Of a stretch of 64,000 bases of DNA, positions 47,997 to 58,213 are shown one piece after another. Location of the stretch: contig OZ242011.1 of NCBI GenBank assembly GCA_965204755.1, positions 2,848,001 to 2,912,000 on the forward strand, given 5' to 3'. Position 1 is the stretch's first letter, and each line of letters begins with the position of its first letter. Made by a program: the position numbers and the translations under genes. The DNA is from Candidatus Marinacidobacterium sp. Its GTDB lineage: Bacteria > Acidobacteriota > Vicinamibacteria > Marinacidobacterales > Marinacidobacteraceae. The notes under the pieces are model-generated. The model did no database searches. It had not been told where the DNA came from and was given only the letters and a program-made list of their open reading frames with translations.

Positions 47997-49808
47997 ATGG
48001 AACGCCGCGCCGAGTCCGTCCTGCGCCGTTGGCTCGCGGAGGACCGCCGCAAGCCGCTGGTGATCCGCGGCGCCCGGCAGGTCGGGAAGACGACGCTCGC
48101 GCGGCGGTTCGCGGAGGCCGCCGGCCGCGATCTCCTCGAGATCGACCTCGAACGGCACGCCGACCTCGACCGGACCTTCGCCAGCCTCGACCCCGACCGG
48201 ATCGTCTCGGGGATCGAATCCCGGGTTGACCGGCGGCTCGGGCGGGCGATCCTCTTCCTCGACGAGATCCAGGCCGCGCCCCGGGCGCTGGCAGCGCTGC
48301 GCTACCTCTACGAGCAGCGCCCGGAGATTCCCGTGATCGCCGCCGGATCGCTGCCCGAGTTCACGCTCGCCGACCACTCCTTCCCGATGCCGGTCGGGCG
48401 GATCGAGTACCTCCACCTCGGCCCGATGGCGTTCTCGGAGTTCCTCGGCGCGGTCGAACCGGCGCTCGCGCAGCGCATCGCCGACTTCGATCCGGAGTCG
48501 CCGCCGGGAGTCCCTACGCGCGAGCGGCTCTCCCGGCGCCTGCGCGAATACCTGTTCGTCGGCGGCCTGCCCGAGGCGGTGCTCCGCTACCGCGAGACCG
48601 GCTCGATGGAGGAAGTGGCGCGGGTCCACCGCTCGGTGGCGGGAACCTACGCCGACGACTTCGCCAAGTACGCGCGGAACGCGGACCTCGGCCGGCTCCG
48701 GCGCCTGTTCCCGGCGATCGCCCGGTCCGTGGGAGAGCGGGTTCGGTACAGCCGGCTCGACCCCGAGTCCCGCGCCGAGCCGACGCGCCGGGCGCTCGAC
48801 CGCCTCGTCCGCGCCCGCCTCTGCCACCGGGTGATCCACAGCCACTGCTCTCGCGCGCCGCTCGGCGCGTCGGCGGTCGAGCGCGCCTACAAGTTGGTCT
48901 TCCTCGATGTGGGGCTGATGAACCACCTCTCCGGCGTGACGCCGGCGATGGCCGCGGAGGCGGACTCCGTCCCGCCGGCGAACGAGGGCCGGATCGCCGA
49001 GCAGTTCGTCGGGCAACACCTCGCGGCCGGGGACGGCAGCGAACCGCCGGGCGCTTGGTACTGGTTGCGGAACGCCCGGAGCGGCAACGCGGAAGTGGAC
49101 TATGTGGTGGCGGAGGGCGACCGGATCGTTCCGGTGGAAGTGAAGGCGGGGGCGTCCGGCGCCATGAAGTCGCTCCGGGTCTTCGCCGCCGCGAAGCGGC
49201 CGCCGCTCGCCGTGCGTTTCGCCATGAACCGGCCTTCGCGGGAAACCGTGCGGGCGACCGCGCGCCTCGGCGGCGAGCCCCGCGAGGTGAGTTTCGAACT
49301 GCTGAACCTTCCGCTCTACACGGTGGAGTCGCTGCCCCGCATCCTCGCGGATCTGCGGCGGAAGGGAGGCGCGCCCGCGGCGGATACGACCCCGGCGACC
49401 GACGACGGCGAGCGGGAAACGCGCGAGCGCCCCGCCCGCCCCCGGCGCGCCCCGGCCGGCCTCGCGCCGTCCGACAGCGTGCGGTACACCGTCCACCGCT
49501 GGGACGAGGACTCGCACCCGGGCCGCGTCGAGATCGGCATCCTCTCCGGCGAGTCCCCCGCCGCCGGCGGGGCGGGGCGCACCCTCACGGTCTATCCCGA
49601 CACCGCTCGCCGCCTGGCGGCGCTGCTGGACTCGCGCGGCCTCCGGCGGCTCCCCGGCGAGTCCCCGGCCGCCCGGCTCGCCCGACTCGACCGCAGCGGG
49701 GTACTCCTCGATTTCCTGGAAGCCGCGAGCGGCGAGCATCCCCCCGACTCCGAATCGGGCGACCTGCTGCGCGTCCTCTGGGAGGCGCTCCAGCCCGAAG
49801 GCGGGTAG
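47997..49808 (+). CDS. AAA+ ATPase (AAA_14 + DUF4143 type) with an extra C-terminal extension
   Basis: RKPLVIRGARQVGKT, FLDEIQ, AAGSL, VGGLPE, EVDYV..PVEVKAG. Confidence 0.88.
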   Translation: MERRAESVLRRWLAEDRRKPLVIRGARQVGKTTLARRFAEAAGRDLLEIDLERHADLDRTFASLDPDRIVSGIESRVDRRLGRAILFLDEIQAAPRALAALRYLYEQRPEIPVIAAGSLPEFTLADHSFPMPVGRIEYLHLGPMAFSEFLGAVEPALAQRIADFDPESPPGVPTRERLSRRLREYLFVGGLPEAVLRYRETGSMEEVARVHRSVAGTYADDFAKYARNADLGRLRRLFPAIARSVGERVRYSRLDPESRAEPTRRALDRLVRARLCHRVIHSHCSRAPLGASAVERAYKLVFLDVGLMNHLSGVTPAMAAEADSVPPANEGRIAEQFVGQHLAAGDGSEPPGAWYWLRNARSGNAEVDYVVAEGDRIVPVEVKAGASGAMKSLRVFAAAKRPPLAVRFAMNRPSRETVRATARLGGEPREVSFELLNLPLYTVESLPRILADLRRKGGAPAADTTPATDDGERETRERPARPRRAPAGLAPSDSVRYTVHRWDEDSHPGRVEIGILSGESPAAGGAGRTLTVYPDTARRLAALLDSRGLRRLPGESPAARLARLDRSGVLLDFLEAASGEHPPDSESGDLLRVLWEALQPEGG

Positions 49809-49873
49809 CGGCTCCGGCCCCGTCGGCCCGCGCCGGATTCGCCCGCCCGCCCCATAGAATCGCCCGCTTCCCG

Positions 49874-52800
49874 ATGGGCCGGACCTTCTTCGACCAGCCG
49901 ATCCTGAACTCGCCCTACGAAGTCCCGGGCCGCCACTGGAAACTCGACTCCGCCGGGCAGCCGACCGACGAGATCGTCGCTTCCCGCCGCGACGCGGAGT
50001 TCCTCTCCCCGGTCCCGGCCCCGAAGCACGGCCCGCAGAGCCAACTCCGGCTGGCGCTCGGCGACGAGTCCCTCTCCACCGCCGAGCAGCAGTACAACCC
50101 CTACCCGGTCATCAACCGCATCCGCGGGGAAGTGGCCCGCTGGCGGGCGCTGCCGGAGGCGCGGTGGCGCGTCACCCCGGAGACCGCCCGCCTGCTGAAG
50201 CACTGGCGCCACCACGACTTCCGCGGCCACCGACCCTTCTTCTGCCAGGTCGAGGCGGCGGAAACCGCGATCTGGCTGGTCGAAGTCCTGGGCGTCCTCC
50301 GCCCCTCGGACGCGGGGATTCCGGCGCGCCTGCGCGGGATCCGCTCCCACCTCATCGGCGCGAACCGGAGCGCGAACCCCGACCTCTTGCGCCTCGCTCT
50401 GAAGATGGCGACCGGCGCGGGGAAGACCACGGTGATGGCGATGCTGATCGCCTGGCAGACGGTGAACGCCGTCCGCCATCCCGCGCGGCGAAACTTCACG
50501 CGCGGCTTCCTGGTGGTGACTCCGGGAATCCCCATCCGCGACCGGCTGCGGGTGCTGCTCCCGAACGACCCGGGCAGCGGGTACCAACGCCGCGAACTCG
50601 TGCCCCGGGACATGTTGGCCGACCTCGACCGCGCCCGGATCGTGGTTACGAACTACCACGCCTTCCAGCGTCGGGAGCGAACGCCTCTGGCGAAGGGGAC
50701 GCGCGCGCTGCTGCGGGGCCGCGGCAGCGAACCCACCACCCGCGAAACCGAGGGCGAAATGCTGCGGCGGGTGATGTCCGGCCTGATGGGGATGGAGCGC
50801 ATCCTCGTCCTGAACGACGAGGGGCACCACTGCTACCGCGAGAAAGCCGGCGCCAGCACGGAAGGGGCCTTGGTCGCGGAAGATCGGGACGAGGCGAAGA
50901 AGAACACCAGGAAGGCGCGGATCTGGATCAACGCGATCGAAACCGTGCGGCGGAAGATCACGGTACCGATGGTCTTCGACCTCTCCGCTACGCCGTTCTT
51001 CCTGCGCGGCTCCGGGTACGCCGAAGGAACGCTGTTCCCCTGGACGGTCAGCGACTTCTCGCTCATGGACGCCATCGAGTCCGGTATCGTGAAACTGCCG
51101 CGCGTCCCGGTCTCTGACGATGTGGAGCCCGACGACCTGCCGCGGCTGCGCAACCTGTGGGAACACATCGGCAAGGACATGCCGAGGAAGGGACGGCGGA
51201 AGAAGAAGCCCGGCGGCGACCTCGACCCGGAACTCCTCCCGCCGTTGCTCGAAACCGCGCTCCACGCCCTCCACTCCCACTACCGGCGGACCTTCGACTC
51301 GTGGCGCGAGGCAGGGATCGTCACCCCGCCCGTGATGATCGTCGTGTGCAACAACACCGCGACCTCGAAACTCCTCTACGACTACATCGCCGGCGGGGAA
51401 CGAACGCGGAATGACGGGACACCGGTGTTCAAGAACGGCCGTCTGGAGTCCTTCCGCAACTACGGAGAAGACGGCAGTCGGCTGGCCCGCCCGCGCACGC
51501 TGCTCATCGACAGCGAACAGATCGAGTCGGGAGACGTTCTCGACAAGGCCTTCCGTGAGGCCGCGAAGGACCAGATCGAACGGTTCCGGCGGGAGATCGT
51601 GGACCGCACCGGCAGCCGGGAGAAGGCGGAGGCGATCACCGACGCAGATTTGCTGCGCGAAGCGGTGAACACGGTCGGAAAGCCAGGAACGCTCGGCGAA
51701 GACATCCGCTGCGTGGTCTCCGTCCAGATGCTCACCGAAGGCTGGGACGCCAACACCGTAACGCACATCCTCGGCATCCGGGCCTTCGGGACCCAACTCC
51801 TCTGCGAACAGGTCGTCGGGCGGTCGCTGCGCCGGCAGTCGTACCAGTTGAACGACGAAGGCCTCTTCGACCCCGAATACGCGGATGTGCTCGGCATCCC
51901 GTTCGACTTCACGGCGAAGCCGACGGTCGTCAAACCGACGAAACCGGAGCCGGTCGCCCATGTCCATGCGGTCCTCCCGGAGCGCGAGGGCTTGGAGATC
52001 CGCTTCCCGCACGTTCAGGGGTACCGACAGGAACTCCCGGATGACCGCCTGACCGCGGAATTCGTTTCCGACTCGAAGTTGATCCTGACGCCGGAACTCG
52101 TGGGGCCGGCCCGGACGGAGAACCGGGGGATCGTCGGGCTGCCGGTGGAACTGCGCCCCGACTGGATCCAGGGTGTCCGGCCGGCGACGATCGCCTTCCA
52201 TCTGGCCCACGACCTGATTCGCCGCCACCTCCGTGGCGCGGAGGATGAACCCCGCCTCCACCTCTTCGGCCACGCCCGGCGCATCGCGCGCCAGTGGCTG
52301 GACGAGTGTCTCGTCTGTCGAGGGAACACGCACCCGGGACAGGTGCTCTACGAGCAGTTCGCGGCGACGGCCTGCGAGAAGATCCATGCGGCCATTACGC
52401 CTTCGCTCGGAAACAAGCGATCGCTGGCGGTCCTCGACCCGTACAATCCGGCGGGCTCCACGACCGAAGTGAATTTCCGCACGGCGAGGCGCGACCTCTG
52501 GCGCACCGACGAGAAGAGGTCCCAGGTGAACCTCGCCGTCTGCGACTCGTCGTGGGAGAGGGGGTTCTGTCGTGTCGTCGAGATCCATCCGCGGGTCGAT
52601 GCGTATGTGAAGAACGCCGGACTCGGGTTCGAGGTGCCCTACCGGCTGGCGGGGGAGTCCCGGCGGTACCTGCCGGATTTCATCGTCCGTGTCCGGGACG
52701 ATGACGGCGACCCCGTCAACCTGGTCGTCGAGATCAAAGGACTTCGGGGCGAAGACGCGAAAGCGAAGGCCGAAACGATGCGCACTCGTTGGGTCCCCGG

Positions 52801-52921
52801 TGTGAACCACCTCGGGACCTTCGGCCGCTGGAACTTCTTGGAACTCCGGAACATCGAGACGATGGAAGGGGACTTCGGGGCGTTCGTGGATTCGGTGACG
52901 ATGCGGCGACAGGCGGCGTAG
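49874..52921 (+). CDS. Type III-like restriction enzyme Res subunit (helicase plus PD-(D/E)xK nuclease)
   Basis: PFFCQVEA, KMATGAGKT, NDEGHH, DLSATP, MLTEGWD, YLPDFIV...VVEIKG. Confidence 0.9.
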   Translation: MGRTFFDQPILNSPYEVPGRHWKLDSAGQPTDEIVASRRDAEFLSPVPAPKHGPQSQLRLALGDESLSTAEQQYNPYPVINRIRGEVARWRALPEARWRVTPETARLLKHWRHHDFRGHRPFFCQVEAAETAIWLVEVLGVLRPSDAGIPARLRGIRSHLIGANRSANPDLLRLALKMATGAGKTTVMAMLIAWQTVNAVRHPARRNFTRGFLVVTPGIPIRDRLRVLLPNDPGSGYQRRELVPRDMLADLDRARIVVTNYHAFQRRERTPLAKGTRALLRGRGSEPTTRETEGEMLRRVMSGLMGMERILVLNDEGHHCYREKAGASTEGALVAEDRDEAKKNTRKARIWINAIETVRRKITVPMVFDLSATPFFLRGSGYAEGTLFPWTVSDFSLMDAIESGIVKLPRVPVSDDVEPDDLPRLRNLWEHIGKDMPRKGRRKKKPGGDLDPELLPPLLETALHALHSHYRRTFDSWREAGIVTPPVMIVVCNNTATSKLLYDYIAGGERTRNDGTPVFKNGRLESFRNYGEDGSRLARPRTLLIDSEQIESGDVLDKAFREAAKDQIERFRREIVDRTGSREKAEAITDADLLREAVNTVGKPGTLGEDIRCVVSVQMLTEGWDANTVTHILGIRAFGTQLLCEQVVGRSLRRQSYQLNDEGLFDPEYADVLGIPFDFTAKPTVVKPTKPEPVAHVHAVLPEREGLEIRFPHVQGYRQELPDDRLTAEFVSDSKLILTPELVGPARTENRGIVGLPVELRPDWIQGVRPATIAFHLAHDLIRRHLRGAEDEPRLHLFGHARRIARQWLDECLVCRGNTHPGQVLYEQFAATACEKIHAAITPSLGNKRSLAVLDPYNPAGSTTEVNFRTARRDLWRTDEKRSQVNLAVCDSSWERGFCRVVEIHPRVDAYVKNAGLGFEVPYRLAGESRRYLPDFIVRVRDDDGDPVNLVVEIKGLRGEDAKAKAETMRTRWVPGVNHLGTFGRWNFLELRNIETMEGDFGAFVDSVTMRRQAA

Positions 52922-52931
52922 GGGCGGCGAA

Positions 52932-55919
52932 ATGGCGAAGAAGAAGGCAAAGACAACCAGGCGCCGGACGGGAGCCCGGGCCGCCAGGCAGCCGCTCGCC
53001 GTCGAGGCGACGACCCACCGCTCGGCCGAGCGGCTGAACATCCCTACCGCCGAGCACGAATCGCTCGTCAGCGACGACGATCGCGCGCCGATCCCGGTGC
53101 GCTATCCGCGCAACACGGATCTCGACCCGCAACTCGTCTGGCGCGGGAAGGACGAACAGGACGGGTCGGATCTGGTCGTGCCGGCGTCGCCCTTGTACAT
53201 CCAGGAAAAAGTCCAGCCGAAGTCGCTGGTGGACGCCTTGCGGCGCGAAACGAGAGTTCGCCGTGAAGAGACCGAAGGCCAAGAACGGCACCCATCCCTG
53301 TTCAGTGACTTCAATGGCCTGCCAGAAGGCGCCGAAAAGACGGAGTTCTATCGGCACCGAAACAACTGGTCGAACCGCCTGATCCTCGGTGATTCACTGC
53401 GCGTGATGGCGAGCCTCGCCGAGCGCGAAAAACTTCGCGGGAAGGTGCAGTGCATCTACATCGATCCGCCTTACGGCATCAAGTTCAACTCCAACTTCCA
53501 ATGGTCTACTACTAGCCGAGTCGCGGACGACGAGAAGTCGGAGCACATCACACGCGAACCGGAGCAGGTGAAGGCATACCGTGACACTTGGCGCGACGGT
53601 ATCCATTCCTACCTGACTTACCTACGCGATCGGCTCACGACGGCCCGAGATCTCCTGACGGCGAGCGGCAGCATTTTTGTCCAGATCGGCGACGAGAATG
53701 TGCATCGAGTCCGCGCCGTGATGGATGAAGTCTTCGGTCCCGAGAACTTCTGCGCGCTTATCCCGTTTCAGAAAACGGCCGGAGGTTCGACGAAGTTCAT
53801 TCGAGCCGATCTCGATTACCTGCTGTGGTACGGACGAGATGCCCCCTCTCTGAAGTACCGACCGATGCTCGTGCCGAAAGACTTCTCGGAACTCAAGAGT
53901 TACAAGTACGAGACGGACGATGTGTTCTTGAATGTGCGCCCCCTACGCAAGGAGAGCGGGCGGACCGTGCCTGAAGAGAACCGCGTCCAGATCAGTTTCC
54001 TCGGATCGGGAGATCCGGGACGGCCCGAAGAGCGTTTGTACTCTTTCGAAGGTATGGAGTTCGATGTCAAGGCACATCGGCACTGGAAGACATCGAATCC
54101 GAAAGGGTTGGATCGACTGGCGTGCGCTTCTCGCATACACGCAGTGGGTACTCAACTGAACTACAAGCGCAGAGCCGGCGACTCGTATTACACCGACTTG
54201 GGCGTTCCGTGGACTGATGTGGGGAGCGCTGGCTTCAATACGATGGACCCAAAGGTCTATGTCGTTCAGACGGACGTGACGGTGATCCAGCGATGCCTAC
54301 TGATGACGACCGATCCGGGCGATCTCGTCCTCGATCCAACCTGCGGGGCCGGAACGACGGCGTATGTCGCCGAGCAATGGGGACGTCGCTGGCTCACGAT
54401 CGACACTTCGCGTGTCGCGCTGGCCCTAGCCCGGGCGAGAATCATGGGGGCACGGTATCCGTACTATGTGCTCGTCGACAGTCATGAGGGGCAACTTGAG
54501 GAAGCGCGCCTGTCGGGATCCGCTCCGCGAACCGGCGCGGTCCACGGGGACATCCGACAGGGCTTCGTGCACAGACGTGCTACGCACATCACACTCAAAG
54601 CCATCGCCAACAACGCGGAAATCGACGCCATTTGGAAGCAGCGGCAGCCTGCTGTGGAGGACGCTCTAGCTGCGCTAAACAAAGCCTTGTCCGGACACCG
54701 GGTGCCACTGCTCATTACTCGGGGTGCCCGAAAACGGCAGACCGTGGACTTCGTGGGGCCTGCGGGCGCGACTGTACCGCTAGCCAACGGCGACCCGGCA
54801 CCGGCGCATGGCCTATTGGAATGGGAGGTTCCGCGCGAGGCCCCAGGGGACTGGCCGCCGGTAGCGGAAACCGCGCTCGCTGTCTTTTGGGAGGCGCGCC
54901 TCACTCGTCAGAAGGAGATTGACGCGTCCATTGGTCGGTCGGTTGACCAGAAGTTGCTGTACGATCGACCGGTCGAAGATGACTCGACGGTGCGGGTCGC
55001 CGGGCCATTTACCGTGGAGAGTCTTTCGCCCTACCGGACCTTGGCGGTGGACGAACAGGACGAATTGATCCTCCGTGCCGCGGAACCCCGCGCCCCGTAC
55101 GGAGTAGGGGAGTTCGGGGACTTCGCTACCATGGTCATCGAGCATCTCTGGTCCGCCGGAGTCCAACAGTCACGCAGGAAGGATCGGATCGAGTTCACTT
55201 CCGTGACTCCTTGGCCGGGGCGACACCTCGCCGCGGAGGCACGCTGGAGTGAGGGGAAGCGCGAGCGTCGCGCCGGAGTTCTCATCGGCCCCGAATTCGG
55301 AACGGTCTCGCGGCCGGATCTCGTCGACGCTGCGCGCGAGGCCGTTGAGGCCGGGTTCGACGCTGTCGTCTCTTGCGCGTTTGCCTACGACGCCCACTCC
55401 GCGGATTTGGTTAGACTTGGCGCCGTTCGGATCCTAAAGGCGCGCATGAACGCGGATCTCCACATGGCCGCTGACCTCAAGAACACGGGCAAGGGGAACC
55501 TGTTCGTCATCTTTGGCGAGCCGGACATCGAGATCGAATCCGTGGGCCGAAGGGAAGGAGACACCGACGAGGAAGCGAGCGTGGAGCTGGTCCGGGTGCG
55601 CCTCAGTGGCGTGGATGTCTTCGATCCACAGACGGGCGAGATCCGCAGCGACGACCCGAAGGACATCGCTTGCTGGTTCTTGGACACCGAGTACGACGGT
55701 GAGAGTTTCTTCGTCCGCCACGCCTACTTCCCCGGCGCAGTTTCCGACCCCTACAAGGCCCTCAAGACCACCCTGAGGGCCGAGATAGACAAAGATGCTT
55801 GGCAGAGCCTCCGCCGCCAAGTTTCCCGCCCCTTCCCGAAACCCGCCTCCGGACGCATCGCCGTCAAGGTCATCAACCACCTCGGCGACGAAGTCATGAA
55901 GGTCTTCCGCATCCAATGA
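52932..55919 (+). CDS. Type III-like Mod subunit, beta-class amino-methyltransferase
   Basis: IYIDPPYG (motif IV), variable central region, LDPTCGAGTT (motif I), conserved C-terminal IAVKVINHLGDEVMKV. Confidence 0.92.
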   Translation: MAKKKAKTTRRRTGARAARQPLAVEATTHRSAERLNIPTAEHESLVSDDDRAPIPVRYPRNTDLDPQLVWRGKDEQDGSDLVVPASPLYIQEKVQPKSLVDALRRETRVRREETEGQERHPSLFSDFNGLPEGAEKTEFYRHRNNWSNRLILGDSLRVMASLAEREKLRGKVQCIYIDPPYGIKFNSNFQWSTTSRVADDEKSEHITREPEQVKAYRDTWRDGIHSYLTYLRDRLTTARDLLTASGSIFVQIGDENVHRVRAVMDEVFGPENFCALIPFQKTAGGSTKFIRADLDYLLWYGRDAPSLKYRPMLVPKDFSELKSYKYETDDVFLNVRPLRKESGRTVPEENRVQISFLGSGDPGRPEERLYSFEGMEFDVKAHRHWKTSNPKGLDRLACASRIHAVGTQLNYKRRAGDSYYTDLGVPWTDVGSAGFNTMDPKVYVVQTDVTVIQRCLLMTTDPGDLVLDPTCGAGTTAYVAEQWGRRWLTIDTSRVALALARARIMGARYPYYVLVDSHEGQLEEARLSGSAPRTGAVHGDIRQGFVHRRATHITLKAIANNAEIDAIWKQRQPAVEDALAALNKALSGHRVPLLITRGARKRQTVDFVGPAGATVPLANGDPAPAHGLLEWEVPREAPGDWPPVAETALAVFWEARLTRQKEIDASIGRSVDQKLLYDRPVEDDSTVRVAGPFTVESLSPYRTLAVDEQDELILRAAEPRAPYGVGEFGDFATMVIEHLWSAGVQQSRRKDRIEFTSVTPWPGRHLAAEARWSEGKRERRAGVLIGPEFGTVSRPDLVDAAREAVEAGFDAVVSCAFAYDAHSADLVRLGAVRILKARMNADLHMAADLKNTGKGNLFVIFGEPDIEIESVGRREGDTDEEASVELVRVRLSGVDVFDPQTGEIRSDDPKDIACWFLDTEYDGESFFVRHAYFPGAVSDPYKALKTTLRAEIDKDAWQSLRRQVSRPFPKPASGRIAVKVINHLGDEVMKVFRIQ

Positions 55920-58213
55920 CAACGGTGCCGCAGCCGTTCCGCGTTAGCGTCGGCCTCAAGGACCTCATCGGTCGCGACCTCATTACGGACGACTTCGTCG
56001 CGGTATTCGAATTGGTCAAGAATTCCTTCGACGCCCACGCGACCGAAGTCAACCTGACCTTTGAAGAGGACGAGATCACCATAGCCGACAACGGCAAGGG
56101 CATGTCGCGGGAGGCGATCCTCGACAAGTGGATGGTCGTCGCGTACTCGGCCAAGAGGGACGGCACCGAGGACGATGACTACCGTCACGCACTGTCGGCG
56201 CGAAAACAGCCCTTCGCCGGCGACAAGGGAATCGGTCGGTTCTCCTGCGACCGGCTGGGTGAGCGCCTGACCCTCAGTTCCCGTTCCGAGTCCCGCTTGG
56301 TCCAGATCGTGACCGTCGATTGGACGCGCTACGAGAAGGCGCCGAGAGACGACTTCGACTCCGTTACCGTCGAGATCACCGAAGCGGCGGACTTTCCGGA
56401 CGCGTCTCCGCCGGCCGATGGCCTGACGGGCACCGTTTTGCGAATCACGGGACTGCGCGCCACCTGGGATCGGGACCGGCTCCTGCGACTCCGGCGCGGT
56501 CTCGAAAAACTCATCAATCCGTTCGACACCACTCGAACGGCTTTCCGGATCCACATCGCGGCGCCTTCGGAACGGCGCCGCGACAACGCCCACCGCCGGC
56601 GTTCCGACAAGAGATCCGATCGCGTGAACGGTCCCGTGGAGAACCGACTCCTGGATGTCCTCAAGAACAAGACCACCCAAGTCCGGGTGGCCATCTCCAA
56701 GGAACACAACTCCGTGGAGACGGTCCTGGAGGATCGCGGCAAGGTCGTCTATCGGATCCGGGAGCCCAATGTCCACGAGCGCCTCCGCCCGGCGAATGTG
56801 CGCGCGGACATCTACTACTTGAACCTTAGCGCCAAGACGACCTTCAAGCGCCGTATGGGCGTACGCAGCGCAAAATTCGGTTCCATCTTCCTTTTCCGCA
56901 ACGGCTTCCGGATGTTCCCGATCGGGGAGGAACACGACGACTTCTTCGGTCTTGCGTGGCGAAAGCAGCAGGGCGTGCGCCGCTTCCTGGGAACTCGCGA
57001 CATTATCGGTCGCGTCGATGTCGACGGCATCCCCGGGTTCGACGAGTCGACGAGTCGGGACCAAGGGCTGATCCGCACGCCCGAGGTGTCGGACCTAGTC
57101 GAGTTCGTAGTGCGCAAGTGCGTGCGACGGCTGGAGCGCTATGTTGTGGATGTCACTTGGGCAGACCCCGCAGACAAGGACGAAGCGGACACTTCCCGCG
57201 TCTCTCGCGATGAAGGCCGCGCGCGGGTTGCGACCCTGGTGGCGCGGTTGTCCGAGACGAAGGATGTGGAGATCGTCGAGTACAACCGGCATCTCGTCAG
57301 AATCGTCGACCAGAAGTCGTCGGCCTTCGAGTCGTCGCTTCGCGCCCTGTCGGTCCTGGCGGAGAAGACCGGCGACGCCGGGCTGGTTCGGGGCGCGGAG
57401 GCGGCGACTGCCGAGTTCAAGAAACTGCGGGAGAGAGCCATTGCAACCCAGGAAGACGCGGAGGCGGCGGCGCGCGCGGCGACCGGACGGTATGAGAGGG
57501 AGCGGGCGCGCAACCGGTTCCTGGAGGCGGCGCAGTCGCTGGACGAGGAAACCATCCTGAATCTGCACCACCAGATCATGGTGCACGCGACCGATGTGCA
57601 ACTGTGGGTCCGGCGGATGATGGGCAGGCTGCGGAAGAAGGACACGATCGCGGATTCCGACTGGGTGGACTTCCTGGAGGCCGTCGCGTTCGAGAATCGG
57701 CAGATCCTGACGGCGGCGCGGTTCGCCACGAAGAGCGGGTACCGGGCGGGTATCCAGGAATCGGACGATGACCTGGCCGGATACATCGCGGACTACATCG
57801 AGACGGTGGCCGGGCTCTGGGCCCCGAGGGGCATCGGCGTGAAATGTCGGAGTGACGGGAAACGGTTCGGGAGGCCGTTTCGGCCGATCGATGTCGGCGT
57901 CGTGATCGACAATCTCGTCAGCAACGCGGCCAAGGCCAATGCGCGAACCGTACTCTTCGCCCTCGATGTCGCGGGGAAGGGGAGCCCGCGTCTCACGGTG
58001 TCGATCGCGGACGACGGCGACGGATGGCCGATGGCTCTCGGAGAGGTGGGCGATGTGTTTGAGAAGGGGCTGACGACGACGGATGGTTCGGGTCTCGGAC
58101 TGTTCCATGTGGCGCAGGTGATCGAGGCCATGGGTGGTACGATCCGGGCCCAGCGGAGTCCCTACTCGAAGAATTTCAAGGGCGCCCACCTGACGATCGG
58201 AGTGGGAACATGA
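55916..58213 (+). CDS. GHKL (MutL/MORC-like) ATPase fused to a C-terminal histidine kinase
   Basis: N-terminal ELVKNSFDA, DNGKGM, GDKGIGRFS, GT; C-terminal H-box LHHQI, DNLVSNA, DDGDG, FEKGLTT..GSGLGL; ATGA overlap with mod. Confidence 0.88.
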   Translation: MTTVPQPFRVSVGLKDLIGRDLITDDFVAVFELVKNSFDAHATEVNLTFEEDEITIADNGKGMSREAILDKWMVVAYSAKRDGTEDDDYRHALSARKQPFAGDKGIGRFSCDRLGERLTLSSRSESRLVQIVTVDWTRYEKAPRDDFDSVTVEITEAADFPDASPPADGLTGTVLRITGLRATWDRDRLLRLRRGLEKLINPFDTTRTAFRIHIAAPSERRRDNAHRRRSDKRSDRVNGPVENRLLDVLKNKTTQVRVAISKEHNSVETVLEDRGKVVYRIREPNVHERLRPANVRADIYYLNLSAKTTFKRRMGVRSAKFGSIFLFRNGFRMFPIGEEHDDFFGLAWRKQQGVRRFLGTRDIIGRVDVDGIPGFDESTSRDQGLIRTPEVSDLVEFVVRKCVRRLERYVVDVTWADPADKDEADTSRVSRDEGRARVATLVARLSETKDVEIVEYNRHLVRIVDQKSSAFESSLRALSVLAEKTGDAGLVRGAEAATAEFKKLRERAIATQEDAEAAARAATGRYERERARNRFLEAAQSLDEETILNLHHQIMVHATDVQLWVRRMMGRLRKKDTIADSDWVDFLEAVAFENRQILTAARFATKSGYRAGIQESDDDLAGYIADYIETVAGLWAPRGIGVKCRSDGKRFGRPFRPIDVGVVIDNLVSNAAKANARTVLFALDVAGKGSPRLTVSIADDGDGWPMALGEVGDVFEKGLTTTDGSGLGLFHVAQVIEAMGGTIRAQRSPYSKNFKGAHLTIGVGT

